NCBI GenBank assembly: GCA_001940845.1
Contig: MSGV01000023.1
Span: forward strand, 338,312 to 402,311
DNA length: 64,000 nucleotides
Source: Christensenellaceae bacterium Phil7
Lineage (GTDB): Bacteria > Bacillota > Clostridia > Christensenellales > CAG-138
Reading direction: 5' to 3'
This document shows, piece by piece, positions 59,788 through 64,000 of the stretch. The first letter of the stretch is position 1; each line of letters begins with the position of its first letter. Made by a program: the position numbers and the translations under genes. A model generated the notes under the pieces. That model had not been told where the DNA came from. It ran no database searches and worked only from the letters and a program-made list of their open reading frames with translations.

Positions 59788-61590
59788 ATGGCAAAACAAA
59801 AAAGCATTCCTAAGAGAAGCGAAGTTGAAAAGCAGTACACTTGGGCTCTCGAAGATATTTTTGCAACGGATGAACTCTGGGAGGAAGCGCTCAACGAAGC
59901 ACGCAGCTTTCCTGAAATGATATCCAAGTTTGAAGGACATCTTGGAGATAGTGCTGATATGCTCTTCAATTTTCTGAAACTGGATGATGAACTTCAAGTC
60001 AAGCTTGGCCGTATCGCTGATTATTGTATGTGCAGATCGGATGAGGACACTGCAAACAGCTTCTATCAGGGCATGAGAGGTCGCTTTATGAGCGTATACA
60101 TGCAAGTAGTAAGCGCATCCAGCTTCTCAACTCCTGAGATCATTGCTATTCCCGATGATAAGCTTAATACCTTCATGGAGGAAAAAGCCGAGCTTCGCCT
60201 GTATGACCGTCTGTTGCAGAGGATGCGCAGACAGAAAGAACATATCCTCTCCGATTCGGAGGAAAAGATTCTTGCACTTTCCGGTGAAGTATGCCAGGCA
60301 TCAGCTGACACCGCTTCATCCTTCCGGAATGCAGATCTTCGTTTCCCCGATATTACCGATTCGAACGGCAATATACTTAAGGTTACTCAAGGTTCTTACG
60401 TCCCCCTGCTTGAAAATCCCGATCAGAATATTCGTAGAGCTGCTTTCGAGTCTTTACACGGAACCTTCGATAGCTTCAAAAATACATCTGCCGCATTCCT
60501 CAGCGGACAGATCAAGGGCTTGATCTTCAATGCACGCGCACGCAAATACAGCAGCACTCTTGAAGCTTCGCTCGATAATACAGAGGTACCCGTTTCCGTT
60601 TACCATAATCTGATCGATGCGGTGAACTCCAATCTTAAATATCTTCATAGATATGTGAGTCTTCGCAAAAAGCTTACCGGCACGGATGAGCTGCATATGT
60701 ATGACCTCTATACTCCAATCATTCCGGATGCAGATGAAGTCATTCCTTACGAAAAAGCCAAGGAAATAATACTTGAGGGACTTGCACCTCTTGGGGAAGA
60801 ATACCTGAGCATATTACGAGAAGGCTTCAATAATCGTTGGACCGATGTATATGAGAATGAAGGCAAGCGCAGCGGTGCATACTCCACCGGCGGCAATCCC
60901 CATCCTTATGTGCTGCTGAATCAGAAGGATACTCTTGATAGCATGTTTACCATAGCTCATGAAATGGGGCACTCTCTCCATACCTATTATTCCGTTAAAA
61001 ATCAGCCCGTTGCCTATCAAAATTATGTGATCTTCGTGGCAGAAGTTGCCTCAACCTGTAATGAGGTTCTACTCGTTAAACATTTGCTTTCAAAGACCAC
61101 CGATAAGAAGCAGAGGGCTTATCTCATAAACCATTTCCTTGAGCAGTTCCGTGGTACAGTCTATCGTCAGACCATGTTTGCTGAATTCGAGCTTTGGATG
61201 AACGAATATGCTGAAAAGGGAGAGACCTTGACAGCCGACGCAATGTGTGATGCATATTACGAACTCAATAAAAAGTACTTCGGCGATGATATAGTTGTGG
61301 ATAAACTCATCTCCGTGGAATGGGCAAGGATTCCTCATTTCTTCTATAATTTCTACGTATTCCAGTATGCAACTGGTTTCTCCGCTGCTGTTGCCATAGC
61401 TAATCGAATCCTCAGCGAAGGTCAGCCTGCCGTGGATGCATATAAGAAGTTCCTCAGCTCCGGTTCATGCACAGATCCCATATCCCTGCTAAAGATCGCT
61501 GGAGTTGATATGACTACAGCTGCCCCGATCAATGAAGCTCTTGCACTTTTCAATGAGTTGCTGGATGAAATGGAAGCACTTTCCGAATAA
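59788..61590 (+). CDS. pepF: oligoendopeptidase F (M3B)
   Basis: 600 aa. HEMGH zinc motif in TIAHEMGHSLH. Confidence 0.9.
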   Translation: MAKQKSIPKRSEVEKQYTWALEDIFATDELWEEALNEARSFPEMISKFEGHLGDSADMLFNFLKLDDELQVKLGRIADYCMCRSDEDTANSFYQGMRGRFMSVYMQVVSASSFSTPEIIAIPDDKLNTFMEEKAELRLYDRLLQRMRRQKEHILSDSEEKILALSGEVCQASADTASSFRNADLRFPDITDSNGNILKVTQGSYVPLLENPDQNIRRAAFESLHGTFDSFKNTSAAFLSGQIKGLIFNARARKYSSTLEASLDNTEVPVSVYHNLIDAVNSNLKYLHRYVSLRKKLTGTDELHMYDLYTPIIPDADEVIPYEKAKEIILEGLAPLGEEYLSILREGFNNRWTDVYENEGKRSGAYSTGGNPHPYVLLNQKDTLDSMFTIAHEMGHSLHTYYSVKNQPVAYQNYVIFVAEVASTCNEVLLVKHLLSKTTDKKQRAYLINHFLEQFRGTVYRQTMFAEFELWMNEYAEKGETLTADAMCDAYYELNKKYFGDDIVVDKLISVEWARIPHFFYNFYVFQYATGFSAAVAIANRILSEGQPAVDAYKKFLSSGSCTDPISLLKIAGVDMTTAAPINEALALFNELLDEMEALSE

Positions 61591-62971
61591 ATAATTTTGC
61601 TTTGACGGCCTTTGGGGGCGGGTTTATACTCGCCCCTTTTTCCATAGAATGGGAGCCATGCTTTCTTATCGAGAATAGATTGAGCACCAAACGCAAACCT
61701 TCGCCCATTATCATAGCCATGATATAACCATAGATATGCAGGAATGGGTTTGCAGATAGCACATAAATCAATAGCAGCTGCGCAAACTCACCTATTAAAG
61801 CAAAAGCCAATACATCCCCTTGCTTCATCAATGCATTTAGTATCATGACAGCCGTTATCTGAAAGTAAATTATTGCCGTCTTTAGAGATAGAAGGTTTAT
61901 GACCTTTTGGGTTGGGGCTATGCCAAAAAAAATATTTGATAACTTGGTCAGTAACGGCAGAAGCGGTAAACTCACCAAGAATGCTGCGATTGCTGCCGCA
62001 TACAGACTCTTTCTTATCAACAGCTTTAACCTTTGTTCATCATGCGCACTTGCAGCTGCCGCTATCTCCGGAAGCCTAATATTATTGCTGGCCAAAACAA
62101 AACACATTGGCATCGTGACGAGCGGCATCGCAACACCATTTATCAAGCCAATTGCCGAGAGTGCTGCATCACGACTATATCCTGCCAAGATCAGTCTGCT
62201 TGGGAGCAAAAGCGTGGATATCGACTCAAACGCTGTGCTTGCAATGCCTGTCAAAGTTGCAGGTATCAGAATCGCCAGATAGCTTCTGATAAGAATATGT
62301 TCATCGATGGACATATCTTTTTTCGAATCCAATGAATACTTTCTTGAATATGACCATAGTAGAGTACCAATGCTGAAAAATTCACTGAAAACCATTCCCA
62401 GCAAAATAAGAATCACACTTGATGTGTCCGATCCAGCTCCAAAGTTTTTTAAAAGCAAAAAAACCAGAATTAATCTTGCTCCCTGCTCTATCAGCTCCGA
62501 TGCAGCAGTTGTTCCGGCTCTGCCCGTACCTATATGCACGGACTTAAGCAGGTTCTCTATGCCTGTCAAAAAAATACATATAAGCACAAGAAGAATTGCA
62601 TTTGCTGCCCCTCCATCACCTATAAGCCTGACTGCTATACCGCCTCTGAATATCGCTACAGGTACAGAAATAAATAAAAATAATACTATGTACATGCGAA
62701 AAGCGGCCTTTACCAATCGATTGATAGAGCCTGAATTTGCTGAGGATAGTCTTCCGACAAGCGTAACCACAGCAACATTCATCCCCGAAATACAAACAGA
62801 TACCGCTAATGAATAAATCTGCATGACCAATGAATTAAGCCCCATGGCTTCGGTCCCGGCAAGCCTTGTCAGCATCATGCGGTAAACAAAACCGATGACC
62901 TGCAAACCAAGATTCGATATGGTCAGAATCATTATATTACATGAACTTGTGCTCTTTCTTCCTTTCAACAT
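61550..62971 (-). CDS. MOP-superfamily flippase (SpoVB / polysaccharide biosynthesis protein family)
   Basis: 473 aa with about 14 TM segments. The last 25 or so codons overlap the pepF 3' end and its terminator, so the true stop is uncertain. Confidence 0.7.
   Translation of the reverse strand: MLKGRKSTSSCNIMILTISNLGLQVIGFVYRMMLTRLAGTEAMGLNSLVMQIYSLAVSVCISGMNVAVVTLVGRLSSANSGSINRLVKAAFRMYIVLFLFISVPVAIFRGGIAVRLIGDGGAANAILLVLICIFLTGIENLLKSVHIGTGRAGTTAASELIEQGARLILVFLLLKNFGAGSDTSSVILILLGMVFSEFFSIGTLLWSYSRKYSLDSKKDMSIDEHILIRSYLAILIPATLTGIASTAFESISTLLLPSRLILAGYSRDAALSAIGLINGVAMPLVTMPMCFVLASNNIRLPEIAAAASAHDEQRLKLLIRKSLYAAAIAAFLVSLPLLPLLTKLSNIFFGIAPTQKVINLLSLKTAIIYFQITAVMILNALMKQGDVLAFALIGEFAQLLLIYVLSANPFLHIYGYIMAMIMGEGLRLVLNLFSIRKHGSHSMEKGASINPPPKAVKAKLFIRKVLPFHPATH
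61614..61641 (+). terminator. rho-independent terminator after pepF
   Basis: GGGGCG-ggtttatact-CGCCCC followed by TTTTT. It lies inside the 3' end of the convergent flippase ORF. Confidence 0.7.
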
Positions 62972-63055
62972 ATTAAAGCTTATGCTGAATTAAAAACATA
63001 ATGCAAGCGGCCACACCTTAAAAAGTGCAGCCGCTAATTCATACAGTCCATCATA

Positions 63056-63793
63056 TCAGTTGACAGATTTGAATACCTTATGCTTATACCAGAACGGTTC
63101 ATCCTTTGTTAGAACGAGAATATCAATCGGGCCTCCGCAGGTTGCAGGCTTAAACTCAAATCGCTGTGCCTTTATAGTCAAATCTATTAGAAATTCTGCG
63201 AAATCAATCGCATCCTTGAGTGGCATCAAAGCATGATTTATCATCATCGGCGGCTGCCCATTCAAAAGTTTTGTTATAGCTGCCTGCTCTCCGGACCATA
63301 TTGATGAATACTTAATCCTCCCATTATCAATATTATTTCTCTTTATCTCTCGGTTTACAGTATAAGCAAACGGCTCATCCGCATCATATCCGCAGACAAA
63401 GAAATTGACCTGCGGAAAGAATTTCGCAGCATATGACTGAAGCTTTTCAGCTACAGCTGTAACGCTATCCGCAGTTGAAACCTCATCAATTTCAAAGCTT
63501 CTGATATAGTCTGAAATCGTTTTCCCATTAAGAATACCAATACCGCAAGCAGAAATACCAACCTTTACTTTGCTCAGGAGCATTACCTTCTGAGCATTGT
63601 CCGACTGAGTAAATATCGGCGTCATCGGCGGCTGTCCCGGTTGGTTCATTCGATTGATAAGCCGCGGCTCCCCCTGCTGTATACCGGGCTGCGCCCCCTG
63701 CTTAACAACATTTGCCGCTATACCAACCGTCTGCCTGCTGTCCGCCGCCAGGACGATCCCATCCGGTACAAATACTGAACACATAACTGACAT
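63056..63793 (-). CDS. proteasome beta-subunit/HslV-like Ntn hydrolase homolog
   Basis: AAGGAGG-n8-ATG at 63793. M-SVMCSVFVPDGIVLAADSRQT aligns with T1...DG-VVLAAD17-RAT of proteasome beta subunits, with Ser at position 1. A Gln/Pro-rich insertion follows. Confidence 0.55.
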   Translation of the reverse strand: MSVMCSVFVPDGIVLAADSRQTVGIAANVVKQGAQPGIQQGEPRLINRMNQPGQPPMTPIFTQSDNAQKVMLLSKVKVGISACGIGILNGKTISDYIRSFEIDEVSTADSVTAVAEKLQSYAAKFFPQVNFFVCGYDADEPFAYTVNREIKRNNIDNGRIKYSSIWSGEQAAITKLLNGQPPMMINHALMPLKDAIDFAEFLIDLTIKAQRFEFKPATCGGPIDILVLTKDEPFWYKHKVFKSVN

Positions 63794-63828
63794 ATATATC
63801 ATTCCTCCTTCATTATCTTTTGTTTCTT

Positions 63829-64000
63829 TTATTGTTGTATTACCGCACCTATTATACCTGCATCGCTGCCAAGCTTAGCGCAGACAATCTCAGGTGGGTT
63901 ATCGCTAAAAAAGCATTTTTCGGCCGAAAGCCGATTTAATGGAGCTATCAAAAAATCCCCTGCCCCGCATATACCTCCACCTATCGCAATGCGCTCAGGA
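63829..64000 (-). CDS. ROK family sugar kinase (glucokinase-like), C-terminal fragment; gene continues past right edge
   Basis: Not in ORF track. Reverse strand reads ...PERIAIGGGICGAGDFLIAPLNRLSAEKCFFSDNPPEIVCAKLGSDAGIIGAVIQQ*. Confidence 0.6.
   Translation of the reverse strand, partial: PERIAIGGGICGAGDFLIAPLNRLSAEKCFFSDNPPEIVCAKLGSDAGIIGAVIQQ

Noticed and set aside
61550-61590. 41-bp convergent overlap of pepF and the flippase gene, considered as a possible antisense regulatory feature
   Set aside because: It is more simply explained by a poorly conserved flippase C-terminus reading through the pepF terminator. There is no independent evidence for regulation.

Overview
This 64-kb window looks like a chromosomal segment of an endospore-forming Firmicute, probably Clostridia-like. 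The evidence is spo0A, spoVT, a SpoVB-type flippase, a type-A RNase P RNA, a T-box-controlled leuS, and GGAGG ribosome-binding sites. I call about 72 genes, mostly housekeeping.

**Main content**
- Translation and tRNA modification: the rplS-trmD-rimM-KH-rpsP-ffh-ylxM cluster, rbgA, rnhB, mnmA, tsaB/tsaE, tgt-queA, trmK, efp, leuS and an RluA-family synthase.
- Nucleoside salvage: cdd, deoC, pdp.
- Others: glmS, gap, a four-gene ECF transporter module, PBP1A, radA, pepF.
- RNA genes: three solitary tRNA genes (Leu-UAA, Val-CAC, Glu-CUC), each with its own consensus promoter, plus rnpB.

Start codons were refined from the ORF track using RBS spacing and the N-termini expected for each family.

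**What is absent**
I see no CRISPR array, no intact mobile element and no recognisable complete defence system. I could not support a multi-gene novel system.

**Most unusual items** (single-locus oddities)
1. A decayed tyrosine-integrase stub next to tRNA-Leu, abutting a truncated GNAT gene.
2. A 355-bp structured non-coding gap between two convergent genes (50156-50510).
3. A proteasome/HslV-like Ntn hydrolase with Ser at position 1 and a Gln/Pro-rich insertion.
4. A degenerate MreB paralog beside spo0A.
5. A sigma factor containing region 2 only.
6. A stand-alone GAPDH ending in PCCCGCK.
7. An A8 homopolymer frameshift in the RluA-family gene.
8. An HMA (CxxC) protein translationally coupled to mnmA.

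All family assignments come from motif recognition and recall, not from database searches.
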